A program made the translations under genes and the position numbers. 64,000 nt of DNA from an uncultured virus (IMG/VR IMGVR_UViG_3300028840_008159) (lineage: Duplodnaviria; Heunggongvirae; Uroviricota; Caudoviricetes), in the IMG/VR virus record IMGVR_UViG_3300028840_008159; one strand, written 5' to 3'. The notes under the pieces were generated by a model. The model was not told where the DNA came from and did not search any database. It saw only the letters and a program-made list of their open reading frames with translations. Of the stretch, positions 38,627 through 50,549 are shown piece by piece. Every line of letters begins with the position of its first letter. The first letter of the stretch is position 1.

Positions 38627-41503
38627 ATGGCGTCCAAGGTTTTGCCGCCCGACAAGGGATTCAAGGTCAAGCTGGAGGTCAGCGGCCCCCCCACGATGGC
38701 GGGCGACTACGGATTCTCGGGTCCCTTGTACGACCCGAAGGTCAGCGTCGACCTCATGATCCACGCCCTGAACATGGCGATGGAGTCGGGGATGACGCTC
38801 AAGGAGTGTAAGAAGCTCGTCGAGCGGGCGTTCAACTCGACGCGCTTCACCCTGCCGAAGAAGAAGCTCAAGGTCAGGCTGAAGGGCCGGAAGAGGGACG
38901 CGAGGCTCGGCATAAGCAAGTCGGAGGAGCGATGATTCTGCGGCATGAACATGGAGCCGCTTGACTAACGCCGAGAAGATCGAGAGGATGAGGCTTGACG
39001 ACCCTCGTCACGCTGGTAATATTCGAAACGGAGGAACGAGATGCCTTGCAGATGCGACGGATACGAGGAAGAAGAACGCCGGGCCCGGGAACGCAGGCAA
39101 CGCCAGGCCAAGAAGCGGTTTGACCGGATGGCGCGGCTCCTCTGCTTCGCGTGTGGCGAGCTGATGGAGGACGGCCTCTGGGAGCGGTACGCCAAGGAAT
39201 GCCCCGACCTGAAGTCGTGGTTCGAGAAACACAACGCCGCCGACGTCAAGCGCGTCCGGGCGGCCATGGTGACCGAGCTGTCGAAGAGCAAGCCCCTGTC
39301 GGCCTCCGCGCTGGCCACGAAGTTCGTCAAGCGCGCCGAGAAGGTTCACGCCGTGAGTCGCTGGCACAAGAAGAAGTGGTTCCCGAGCGTGGCCGATCAG
39401 GCCGTCATGGGCGCCCGCATGAGCCGGGAGAAGTCCGAGAAGCGACGCAAGCGCGTCAAGCAGGCTCTCGCGAAGCTCTCGCCTCAGGACCGCAAGATAC
39501 TGGGATTGTGAACGCCAAGCGCCTCAAAGCGTTGAAGTCGGAGGCCGACGCCCGGATCACCAGTAGTCTAGGCCCGGACTTCGTCCTTGGCCTCGTGAGG
39601 GTTCCGCAGTGGACTCGGATGAACGAGATTCAGATGATGCTAAGAGAGCGTTTTTCTCGAAGCTCTTTGGGAGCGGCATTGTCAGTTCAGGAGGACGAGG
39701 AGGCGGTGGCGAACCTCCGAAAGCCTCGACTATCGGTCCTTCACGCGGAGCTGGAGTCGCTGGGGGGATTCGCTTCGAGATGTCCGGTCTGCCAAAGGGG
39801 GGTATTGGCGGTCCATCGGGACCCAAGGTCCTTAATTATCCTGCGAGAGGACCGGTGCTTTCTGTGCGCCCAGAGTTTCCTTTATCTGGACCAACCGCAT
39901 CCGCGTCCAACAATCCGGTAAAGGAGGAGGAGATGGAAAGCGAGACGTTTTTCAAGAGCCTGATCGACAAGGAGGGCTTCTGGATCGTCCTGGGGGTTTT
40001 CATCGTGTGCGTTGCCATAGGCGGGGCTTCCGGCTGGTACAATTACACGGTGATGGTCGTCAACAAGACGGCGATCGAGCAAGGCTACAGCCGTCAGACG
40101 TTACCCGGGGAGGAAGGAACGCATTGGGTGAAGAACGGCGCGAAGCTCGACGAGGATACCCTGCAACCGGAGACAGAGAAATGAAGTTCGGAACGGAGAC
40201 GTACGACCCGAACGAGGTCAAGGCTTCGTTGGAGGAGTTGTTGGGGGACATGCAACGCGTCAAGGACGCGGGGGACGACCTCTCCAAGATCGACATGATG
40301 TTACACCTGATCGATAGGTCGGACAGGTACGCGAGCGCCCTGCGATGCGTCCTGGCGTTCTTCGGCGCGCCCGAAACGGAAGGAGAGGACGATGATACCG
40401 AGAATCCCTGACAAGGGAAAGCGGGAGAAGATCGGGCTCATGGACACGGGGATGCAGCTCCTCTTGAAGATGTCGGAGGGCAACCCGGGCGCCGCCACCG
40501 TCCTGTCCGACATGATGAAGGGCGGCACGAACGGGTTCTTCGCGATCCTCGGGCTCGACGACATGAACATCCGGGGCTCGCAGATATGGGTCGGCTACAA
40601 GGACCATTGCGGGATGGACATGGACAGGTTCATCCAGGCGATCAAGAACCGCGACGCCGCCATGGTCGATAAGATAAACGAGGTTTGCGCGCTGACGGCG
40701 GAGGACGAGAAGGCGGTGACCTCCGGCGCGTCCTTCAAGAGGTAAGGATCGATGTCAAAGCGACATGATGGCGACCTGTCGTTATCGAGTTTCCATCACC
40801 GCCTGTGGTCCCTCCACCAACGGGTGGTACTCCAATTCAACTGCTACACGGTATTCACGGTCCAGGAGATGCACGTCCCGAAGCGCATCGACCAGGTCAT
40901 CCGCTGGTTCGTTCCAGCGGACCATCCCCTGCGCTACGAGGTCATCAAGTTCCTGGAGCACGAGCTCGAGGACGAGAAGAGGGAGCCGGTGACGGTGGCC
41001 GGGACGGACATCCCAAGGTCGGTCGTCATGGTCATGGCGATGCCGTTCACGGGTCTCCAGCCCTACCTGGAACGCGACGAGGCGAAGAAGCTCGCCAAGC
41101 AATGCTTCCAGGAGTTCCTCCAGAACATCAAGAAACACAAGAAAGACGAAGACAAATGAGGGACAGGAGGTTCGGTGACTTCGACTCGGTCACCGTCGAG
41201 GGGATGGAGTTCGTTTGTCAACGCTCGCATGGATTCGAGTACGGTGACGAGGGGTCCGGGTTCCCGTTCCTGCCGCTTCGTCACCAGGAGATCATCGACG
41301 GCGAGCACGCGTGGTTCATGGACGCCGAGGGCATCGTCTGGATTCTCGAGAACGGCTCGTTCTCGCGACCATGCCTTAGGTTTTGCCTGGATTACATCCG
41401 GGGCCATCACCCTAGGGGGAACGCGATGGCCATCGAGGTCATCGACCTCGTCCTGGAGGCGGAAAGGGAAAAAAACGACCCGAAAAAGGACTTTGTGGCT
41501 TGA
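38627..41503 (+). other. Run of short hypothetical CDSs (38627-38935, 39041-39511, 39508-39921, 39933-40184, 40181-40411, 40392-40745, 40752-41159, 41156-41503)
   Basis: Coupled ORFs with RBSs; promoter TTGACG-N16-TAATAT at 38995-39022. Confidence 0.65.
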
Positions 41504-41555
41504 CTTGATCGTGCGTCGTGGTAGGTTTCAAACACGCGAAGAAACGGAGGCGAAA

Positions 41556-42530
41556 ATGAAACGTTCGGAACAGGATCGCATCATGGAGGAGTTGAGCAAG
41601 TCCCGACGGCAGTTCGCCACGAGCGACGGGTGGTCGTTCTCGCCATGCTCATCCACCTGTCGCAGGCTGATACCCGGGTTCTACAAGTTCCTCAGGACGA
41701 ACCAGGGGCCGATCTACGTCAGGCAGAAGCCCAACCCGGAGCCGTTGTTCCAGATGCCCGGAACCCCCGTCGAGGAAATCGCGTCCGAGATCAAGCGGTT
41801 CTGGACGCTGGAGAAGCATTACAAGCAGCACGGCCTCAACTTCAAGCGCGGGCTGCTCTTCCACGGGCGCGCCGGGACCGGCAAGAGCTGCGCGGTCAGG
41901 CTCGTCGGGCAGGACGTGATCGATCGCGGGGGAATCGTGGTCGTCGATTACGACCCGAACTTCGCCACTTGCTACCAGCCTTTCCGGGAGATCGAGCCGG
42001 ACACGCCGTTGCTCGTCGTCATGGAAGACCTCGACTCCATACTCGAAAACTGGGACGAGAGCTCCGTCCTGAACGTCATGGACGGGATGTTCATGCTACA
42101 CAAGGTCGTCTTCCTGGCGACGACGAACCACATCGAGCGCCTCAGCGAACGCGTCAAGAACCGACCGAGCCGGTTCGACCGCGTCTTCGAGATCGGCGCG
42201 CCGATCGAGGCCGCGCGCCGCATCTACCTCAAGGCGATCTGGCCCGACGGCCCCGAAGAAGAGATCACGGAGTGGGCCAGGAAGAGCGATGGTTTCTCCT
42301 TCGCCCACCTGAAGGAGCTCTTCGTAGCCGTCCACATGCTGGAACACAAGCTCGACGACGTCGTGGAGCGACTACGTAACATGGGCAAGAAGAAGAAGTC
42401 CAAGAAGCGCAGCGACGACGAAAAGGACCCGGACAGTCCCGTCGTGGTGACGGCCACGTTCGCCAAGGCCGAACGGACCGAGGCCGAATGCGAAGAAGGA
42501 CCATGCGAATGCGAAGGCGCGGGCTGCTAG
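41556..42530 (+). CDS. AAA+ ATPase, same family as 13750-15105
   Basis: GRAGTGKS, VMEDLD, TTN..NRPSRFD; promoter TTGACT-N16-TAGGTT at 41500-41527. Confidence 0.9.
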   Translation: MKRSEQDRIMEELSKSRRQFATSDGWSFSPCSSTCRRLIPGFYKFLRTNQGPIYVRQKPNPEPLFQMPGTPVEEIASEIKRFWTLEKHYKQHGLNFKRGLLFHGRAGTGKSCAVRLVGQDVIDRGGIVVVDYDPNFATCYQPFREIEPDTPLLVVMEDLDSILENWDESSVLNVMDGMFMLHKVVFLATTNHIERLSERVKNRPSRFDRVFEIGAPIEAARRIYLKAIWPDGPEEEITEWARKSDGFSFAHLKELFVAVHMLEHKLDDVVERLRNMGKKKKSKKRSDDEKDPDSPVVVTATFAKAERTEAECEEGPCECEGAGC

Positions 42531-42711
42531 TCAACGCCAGGCTAACCGTGACGTTGCAGGCAAAGGCTTCCCGAAAGCTTGGATTCTCGCCGTTGGACAC
42601 GATCCTCGCTTATTCCTGGCCCCTGTTCCAGGGTGACGTGATTCGCCAAAACCTCAGGGGTCGCTGGTTGGCTTGTCAGGGGAGGCCGTTTCGGGCGTAC
42701 GCGAGCCGGGG

Positions 42712-43259
42712 CTACCAGCTTCTTGAGCGGCACTCCCTGATCATCTTGTCGAAACAGGGATCGCAATGAACCCCGCATCCGAGCCCGTTGTCGATCCTCT
42801 CGCGACCCTTGTCGTTACCGCATGTCCAGCAAGTCGTGGCCAGAACGTGCTTGGCCTGCTTGAACTCCTTCCCCCACAGGACGTCGCCGTGGCCCGTGTC
42901 CTCCTCGATGGCCTTGACGAGTTTTCGAAGCGCGCATAGCGGGCTCATGCGTCATCCTCCTCGCTTTTCCCTTCGTCTTCCCAGAGCTTGGCTTCTCCCA
43001 TTTCCACGGTTTTGCCGGCCAATTCATGGTGGCAATCGGGGCAAAAGTGGATTTTTCCGTCCGTCACCACCGAATGGCACCTGGACTGGGGATGATGTTG
43101 GTTGCAGAGCAGGGAGGGATGGAACGTGGGATTTTCGACGTCGCCGTTGAAGGACCAAGGCGGGACGGTGAAAGCGTGGGCGTTTTTGCAACCGGGGCAC
43201 CAGAACCAGTACTGAACGCCCTGCTTGTTTTTCAAGTTATGGGCTTCGACCTTGGGCAT
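42712..43259 (-). other. Two Cys-rich CDSs (42945-43259 DUF6527-like; 42712-42948)
   Basis: FWCPGC..WSFNGDVENPTFHPSL..CHSVVTDGKIHFCPDCHH. Confidence 0.7.
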
Positions 43260-43279
43260 TAGGCCACCTTTCGTTTGGG

Positions 43280-43339
43280 ATGATAGTCTTAAATTCGACC
43301 AACGTCAAGCGTTGACGCGTGGCTTCCTTATGGTAGATT
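43280..43339. promoter_or_regulatory. Divergent sigma70-like promoter pair
   Basis: Minus TTGACG-N17-TATCAT (43280-43308) and plus TTGACG-N16-TAGATT (43312-43339). Confidence 0.75.
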
Positions 43340-43356
43340 CGATCATGGAGGGTCGC

Positions 43357-44063
43357 ATGAGCTACGTGGACGCGAAGGACATCAGCCCCGGGGACTTGTT
43401 CCTCCAGATCCCGACGGAGTTATGGATGCCGGAAAGAGGAAACACGTTCGCCCCCATGAAGTCCGAGGAGCTGGAGCTGTTGGACAACGACAAGAAGGGA
43501 TATTACCTGGCCGTCCACTACGACACGAACGAGATGGATGGCGTAGCTAACGTGGGTGGAATCCTCGCCGTCTCCATGCGGGGACGTCCTTGCCTGCTCT
43601 CCAAGCTGAGGGCCGTCATCGCGTCCTCCGTGGAATTCGAGGGCATCGGGTCATGCCCGATCGGGATCATGTCGCCCGGCCAGTTCTTCATGTTCGGAGA
43701 CCAGGTCATCATGCGAGGAGCGAAGGTCAACGGGTGCGTCTTCAATTACTCCATGAGCGGTTTCGTCATATGGAACCTGCCGGCGCAGACGAGCTGCGAG
43801 ACGCTGAGGCTGAAGGCCCGGTGGGAAAGGAACGGTGGATGATGTCCGGTCCAGGTTATTTCGGGGCGACGGGAGAATTTCCTGACGGCGAGCTCGGGCC
43901 AGGTGACGAGGGCGAGCTGTCGTTCGGCATCACGGCCGACCAGGGCAACGTCATCCTGATTTTCGGCAAGCAGGTGGAGTGGCTCGGGATGCCCCCGGAC
44001 GTCGCGAGGGCCCTTGCGGAGAAGCTGATTGAGAAGGCCGACGAGATCGACTCTAGGCCCTAG
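43357..44063 (+). other. Two CDSs: 43357-43842 (PGD-family paralog) and 43839-44063
   Basis: ISPGDLF..YLAV..SPGQFF; GATGEFPDG..DEGEL. Confidence 0.7.
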
Positions 44064-45288
44064 AGGCGAACTTGCAGTTCCTCGTCACCCACGCGGCGGC
44101 CTCGAAAAGCGGGTACTTCCTGTACTTGGCGGGAACCTCCGGTATCTTGACGTGGGGCTTGAAGCATGCCTGGGCGAAGTCCTCCCAGAACTTGTCCATC
44201 AGGACGTCGAACGGGTCCGCCGTCTGGCCCTTCGCGCCTTGCTCCTTCTTGATGCCGGTCCAGACGGCCGCCTGGTATTGGCGCGGCTCGACGCCCTTCT
44301 CGTAGGCTAGGTCACGGATCGCGTCCGCGAGAATCTCGTACATTTCGGGCTTGCTGAGGATCGTGGTAGACGTCGAACCGAGTGCCCTGGCCATCCACAC
44401 GTCAAGCGTTACGGCGTCCGCGTCGCCCCATAACGCCCTCGCGAAGTTGTCCACTTTGGAGCCGCTCAGCTTGACCCCGGACATGGCCCTACCGATGTTC
44501 CGGACGTGGGAGCGCATGAAGTACTTGGACATCCTGGCCTTGAAATCGGGGTCGTCCCCCAGGGAGACCTCGCCGCTGGCGCCCGTGACCCTCTTGAACT
44601 CGTTGACGTACTTGTTGAACGCCTGGATGGCCTTCGAAAGGTTGCGCTCGACGGGCGTCCTCGGTGAGGTCGCCGAGAGGAGCTTCGCGAACGTGACCGC
44701 GTTCTCCTCGCCGAAGTACTTCGTCAGCAGCCCGCGCACGTTGTCGTACCACCCAAGGCCCGACACGCCTTCCTCGAAATAACGGTCGAGCGTCTCCTTG
44801 ATGGACGCCGCCGAGGCCGGCTTCTGGGCGATCGCCATGTCGCACGCCTTCCGGATGTCGTCCAGCGCCTCGAGGGCGGTCTTTGGCTTCTTCTTCGCCG
44901 CGGTGACCGGCTCGAGATCGGGCTCGTATCCACCGGGCTCCGTCCCGATCTCCTCCGCGAGACCCTCGGGGAGCGCCTGCTCCAGGTCGATCTTCTCCTG
45001 GTCCTCGGCGGCGGTGAACAGGTCGGGCTCCTGCATGGCGCGTTGCATGGGCGCGACCATGGCCATGGCCATGGCCCTGATCTGCCTTATCAGGGGGGCG
45101 ACCTTCCGGAGGCCGGCGTCCTTCATGCCCTTGAGCGTCTCGCCCATGGCCTGGAGTTCGGGCCAACCCTGGACGTCATGGACCGGGATCGCCTTCGCGA
45201 GGTTCCTGATGCCCTGTAGGATTCTCCCCACGTTCGTGGATCGGTTGTTGGCGTTGACGAGCCTGAGGGCTCTCTGGAGGGCGAGCAT
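44053..45288 (-). CDS. Protein with a possible HhH-glycosylase-like phage domain and C-terminal WVTRNCKFA tag
   Basis: WY..LSATSPR..N..GSKVDNF..VTLDVWMAR..QAAVW. Confidence 0.6.
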   Translation of the reverse strand: MLALQRALRLVNANNRSTNVGRILQGIRNLAKAIPVHDVQGWPELQAMGETLKGMKDAGLRKVAPLIRQIRAMAMAMVAPMQRAMQEPDLFTAAEDQEKIDLEQALPEGLAEEIGTEPGGYEPDLEPVTAAKKKPKTALEALDDIRKACDMAIAQKPASAASIKETLDRYFEEGVSGLGWYDNVRGLLTKYFGEENAVTFAKLLSATSPRTPVERNLSKAIQAFNKYVNEFKRVTGASGEVSLGDDPDFKARMSKYFMRSHVRNIGRAMSGVKLSGSKVDNFARALWGDADAVTLDVWMARALGSTSTTILSKPEMYEILADAIRDLAYEKGVEPRQYQAAVWTGIKKEQGAKGQTADPFDVLMDKFWEDFAQACFKPHVKIPEVPAKYRKYPLFEAAAWVTRNCKFASRA

Positions 45289-45313
45289 TTGGTTACCTTT
45301 CCTCTGGGTCCTA

Positions 45314-45338
45314 TTCGGGGACCGGGGCTTTAGTTCCT
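45314..45338 (-). promoter_or_regulatory. Class II motif AGGA-N16-CCGAA
   Basis: 25 nt upstream of ATG 45288. Confidence 0.7.
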
Positions 45339-47835
45339 GTGGACTTGGGGAGGAGCCGCGCTATCATGTCTCCAGGAGGAGACATGTCTTATACCGCCGT
45401 CGTCAGGGTATTCACGTGGCCATGCTATCGCGGGGCGTTCTCCGTCGGGCCCTTCTCCGTACTGCGCGAGGTGACCGTTGGCGAGATCATCGAGGCGGCC
45501 AAGAACAACGCCTATGTCGCCGGACTAAATCATTCGTGGGTCACGGGAAGGGACGTTGATGAGGCTCTGGATTTCGGGATGATCATCCTGGTAGGGAGCG
45601 TCCCGTACGATCCGTCCGAGGATCCCGTACACTTCTCGATGGAATATCGCGTCCCGCATTACGGTATTTGCGTCACGGGGACGGACGACGGCTACGTCAG
45701 GTTCGCCAACGATGGCAAGCTGTTCGCCGGACACACGGGATACTCGTCGAACTCGGTCGCGCCGCTCGCTCGATTTAGGCAGATCGCGCTAGGACCCAGG
45801 AGATGGAACGAATTTTCATCGAACGCAAGTATGGCGACCGAGAAGGTAGAGGCTCGCGTCAAGTCGAGGGGGCCGACCCCTCCTAGTTCCATCATGGACG
45901 CCCTCAACCTGCAAAACGGCCTTCAAACAGGATTGCTTAGCTTGATGTGGAACAGAAGGTGGAACAGGCCGCCATGGGAAAGACGGAGGAGGGATGCGGT
46001 GACCGACCCCATTCCGTTGCTTCCCATGATCGAGTTCGTCCAAGAGAAAATGGGGGTGAGATGATCAAGGAATACGGGCACTGGGAGCAGTTCGTCGTCA
46101 AGGAATGCGTCGACGAGCCCGAAACCTTGCGGGAGGCGCTCGACAGGCTCGCGGAGGTCATCGAGTCCTCCAGAACGATCTCCCTCGACTCCTCCTGCAA
46201 CGCCATGATCTCCCATCCCTGCTTCAGGGCCATCCGGGCCGTCGGCGAGCCGGCCCTGGCGTGGCTCCACGAGAGGCTCCGGAAGCCACGGCGCAAGATG
46301 GGCTGGGAGATAGAGGCTACGGAAGCGATCCTACTTGATCTTGGGGTTCCGATGCCCAATTTCCCGGAGAGCCACCGGGGAAAGGTCGACCTGATATGGA
46401 TCGACGTCCGGAAGCACCTGAAGAAATCGCTGACCAAGTCCGGGCGCCTCAAACACTACGCCAAGCAGGAGCCGGGCCGTTGCAAGTGCGGCAGGAGGGG
46501 GGAGTGGATAGCTGACGGGATCTCCAGGTACGGCTTCTACTGCAAGCGCTGCTCCAGAAAAGCCTTGGAGAACGCGTGATGTCGTGGCTGAGGGGGCTCT
46601 TTCGGCGCTGTTTCGCCAAGCGCGGGGTGATCCGGGTGAGGGTTTACAAGGGGGCTCACATGGAGATGCCCCAGGAGTCGTTCGCGGCCTTCAGCGCCGC
46701 CTTCGAGGGAGGCCGACACGCGGAGACGCCGATCAACATCCGGGCCAATATAACCAAGATAGACATGCGATACCTGATTCTTCGGCCCGACCAATGGCCC
46801 AGCGACGTGGACGCGAACTTGGTGGTCCCGTGCCAACGGGAAGGCCAGTTTCGCGACTGGCATCAAGCCCCGGCGGCCCGCAACGATATCATGTGGACTT
46901 CGGTGAGGGAACGAATCGGGTTGTCCAGGCGCGACATGAGCGATCTCTAGGAGGCCGTCATGAATCGAAAGCGAACCTGCCCGACTTGCGGCGTCCCCAT
47001 GAAGAAGAACCGATGCCCGGTCGCGATCCGCCACGTGGCGATCAACGCCCGGCGCGTGACGTGGTGGATGGGAAAGGAGAAACGCAATGAGAATGCCCGA
47101 TAAGGACGAGGACCTCGTCGGAAAGGTTTGCGTATGCTCGGTCGGGCGCGTCGCTATCGTGACCGGCAGGCGCATGTTCAAGTTCGACGACGACAACGAG
47201 GTCGAATGCTGGACCGGGCTCGGCCTGGACGGGAAGGGGACATGGGCCTCGACGGGGCCATGCGTCATCGCCGAGACCGGCCAGGAGTTTCACGACAAGC
47301 TGCTGAAGCGGTTCGGCGGCAAGATGGCGTACAACGGGTGAGGAAATCATGAAGATCGAGAACCTGCAACATACCTGCCACGCGTGCCCCTCCCAATGGG
47401 AGTTCGTCACCGACGGGGACCGTCCAGTCTACGTCCGCTACAGGTGGGGATGGCTGTCGGTCCGGGTGGGCCGCAAGCCCGGCGACAACGCCGTGACGGA
47501 GGGCGTCTCCATCATCGGCGAGCAGCTCGGGGACTCCCTCGACGGAGTTCTCGACTGGGAAGTCGTCGAGGAGAAGATCAGGGATCTAGACGTAGAGAAA
47601 GAATTGGCGGCTCGTAATCCTGCGTCGGATTCCCCAGGCTGATGAGGGCGTTCATGGCCGGAACGAACGTCTCCTGAACCCGGGCAAGCAACTCGTCGTC
47701 CAGCGCCGGAGCCTTCCTTCGCAGGATGCCCAGCATGCTCTTGGATGCCAGCGCGTACATCCTGGGCCGCAAGTTCCTCGTCGACCGTATCTTGTACGAG
47801 GCCGTCATGTTGGCGGGCCGAGCGTTCATGACCGC

Positions 47836-47894
47836 ATGATACTCCCACGCCGTCCCTCGTCAAGCCTTGACTTCGTCGCCCCATGGAATACCAT
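47836..47894. promoter_or_regulatory. Divergent sigma70-like promoter pair
   Basis: Minus TTGACG-N16-TATCAT (47836-47863) and plus TTGACT-N16-TACCAT (47867-47894). Confidence 0.75.
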
Positions 47895-50513
47895 TAAGGC
47901 AAGGAGAAGCCGTGCCTGACAACAAGGACGTCCTGCAAAAGATCAAGCTGTTCACGTCGGGATGCCTGGACCGACTGTCGATGGATCATCGCGGCCAGGA
48001 CGTCTCGGTGGGGGCTTGGAGCCGGATCAAGTCCATCCTGAGCATGAGCAATACGCCCTGGGGGGCCATCAAGGGATGCGGCATCCGGAAGTTTCACCTG
48101 CCGGAGGAACTCCGAGGAAGGGAGCATACCGTATGGGGGAAACTTGATGAGGAGGCGAGACATAATGTTCCCAAAGATGGCGATGATAAAGAGGGAGGTG
48201 AGAAAAAACGTCTTTGAGTCGTTGTGGGCACGCGGGATGCTGGGGGTTCAGTTTACGGTAATCGGGCCGCGCTTCGCCGGACTGCCTACGTCAATGATGG
48301 CTACGCCGATGATATTTGGGACGAGATAAAAAGGGCTGGCAAATGAGAAAGATGATAATCGTCCGCTTCCGTTGGTTCGTCCTGGGCGACAACTCCGCCC
48401 GAAGGAGCCCCGGCACGCTCTGCGCCGAGATGAAGGTGTCGTCGCAGGAAACCCCCTATGAGAGGCTGCAACTCGACGGGCGTCCCATCTCCTTGGGAAC
48501 GTCCGCTCAGTACGCGATACAAATCCCCGTTTCCGAGACGACGCGCGATGGGGAAAACGCCGTTGTCTTCATGGCGCGCCTTTGCATCGACAGGGTCATC
48601 GAAGATTGGGCGAGGATGGTGGTGCCCGGCGTATCGCTTCCGGGGCAGATCATTGACCGGGTACGCGCTGTCACGCGACGGCGTGTGGCGGGGCGTATCG
48701 AAACGCCTTTCAGAACACGTCGTGGAGGAGGCATGAGGAGATGGACGAGTTGAGATTCTACGCCGTGAGGAACTCGAGCGGACAATGGTTCCACAGGAAG
48801 GGCTACGGCGGCTACGGGGATACCTGGGTCGGCGACCTCAAGAAAGCCCGCATCTACGTGAACATCGGGGGAGCCCGTGCCGTTTCCGGGTGGTTCGCCA
48901 ATAATTACCCCGACTACGGCGTCCCGGAGATCGTGGTCTTCAAGGCCGAGGTCGAGGAAGTCCTGGACGAGGCCGCGCGGCGACGCAAGGCCGAGGAGAA
49001 GGAGGTCGAGCGCGAGGAGAAGCGGGAGAAGAAACGGGCCAACAAACGACTCGAGCAAGCCAAGAAGGAGCTCGAGAAGGCGAAGGAGCGCGTCGAGGAG
49101 CTACGGGAATGAACTCCTTCCTCTACCGCGACGAGCGTCGCAAGTGGCATCATCCGGGAGAAAATCCTCCTCCCCTGAAACACGAGGCCATCCATTACGA
49201 ACTGAAGCGGGAGGCGCTGTCTCGCCTGAAAGCATCCGTCTCGGACAACGTCTCGTTGGGGCCGATGATCCAGGATTGCCCTGACCGGCTCATGGACTTG
49301 CCGATCTCCAGCGTGTACTGGAAGGCCGGAGTCGTCTTGTTCATCGAGAGAATAGGCCCGGCCGTCATCAATACGGCGGCGTTGGATAGGATTCACATCC
49401 CGGAAGGCGGCATCAAGCTCAAGAAGAGGATCGAGTGGCCCCTCGAGAGGCAGAGGATCATATGGGCATGATGAACAAGGTCAGGAAAGCGTTCGTGGTG
49501 GTCGTCCTGATGTTGGCGACGCTGGTCCCGAACGTACTGGTCGCGTCGTTCGCCTGCCTGACCTACGGGGAGGACTTCTGGAAGTTCTTCGCCATCATGA
49601 ACGGGATCTCGGTGATACTATGGATAGGGCACGCGACGAGCGAATGGTGAGACGCAACGTATCCACGGACGAGATGGGGATGCGAACCCGTCAACGGATG
49701 CCGCTGGAGGAGTCTTTATGGGAGGCAGCCTGGGGCGTTTGGATGGGACACATGATGCAGCGCGGTCACGATGACCGGGCGATGTTCTGGCGTCGCGAGC
49801 ATTTCCGGCACGCGTACGGCGTCCTGCGCCAGATGTTTGACTCGCGGTAGCGCCAAGGTATCATTCCTATAGGGAGAAGATCATGAAGATATGCCAGAGT
49901 CGCGGGCTGTTCATCGTCCACATGTTCGTGTTTTACGGGCTCGCCATCGCGATCCCCGTGTCCATCGGGATCGTCGTCATGCGGGTTCTCATGATCTGGC
50001 TGGAGAGGTGGCAGAAGAAGACGCTAAAGAAACTCCGGGCCCAGCGGGCGAGGCTCGAGAAGGCCCGCTGGTACCTGGACGAGATGAAACGGGAAGAGAA
50101 GAAGTTCACGGACATCACCTCCAAGGACGCCGAGGACATTACGTGGGAGGAGAAACAACGCGCTCGCCAACTCCTGGACCGCATGAAGGAGCTCCACGCC
50201 CACGCGTGCTGGCTCCTCGTCCATGACGAGAAGGACGAGGAGAGGCGACAGGAGCTCATGGAGAATGTCATGAGGGCTCCGAACCTCGGAATGTTCCCGG
50301 TCGAGACGGGGAAGGAAAGGGAAAGAGAGGGGCATGAAAAATAAAAAGCCCATTTGCCCCTACTTTACTTGGAAAGTAGACAACGAGTACGAGGTTCACG
50401 TCCCTCCCAGACCGGGGCCCCTGGCGTTGATTCGGACCGACATCGGCAAGAAGGTATTTATGGGAATAACGAGGACTCACCCATTGCACGACCCGATTCA
50501 GTTTATGAGGGAG

Positions 50514-50549
50514 AGAACCGAACTAGTCATCAGAACCGAACTAGTCATC
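50514..50549 (+). repeat. Perfect 18-bp tandem duplication, in frame (RTELVI x2)
   Basis: AGAACCGAACTAGTCATC x2. Confidence 0.95.

Noticed and set aside
2957..45288. W-x-x-x-NCKFA tag as a DNA repeat or mobile element footprint
   Set aside because: Synonymous positions differ (AAC/AAT, TTC/TTA/TGG) and flanking DNA is unrelated; it is always in frame on the coding strand
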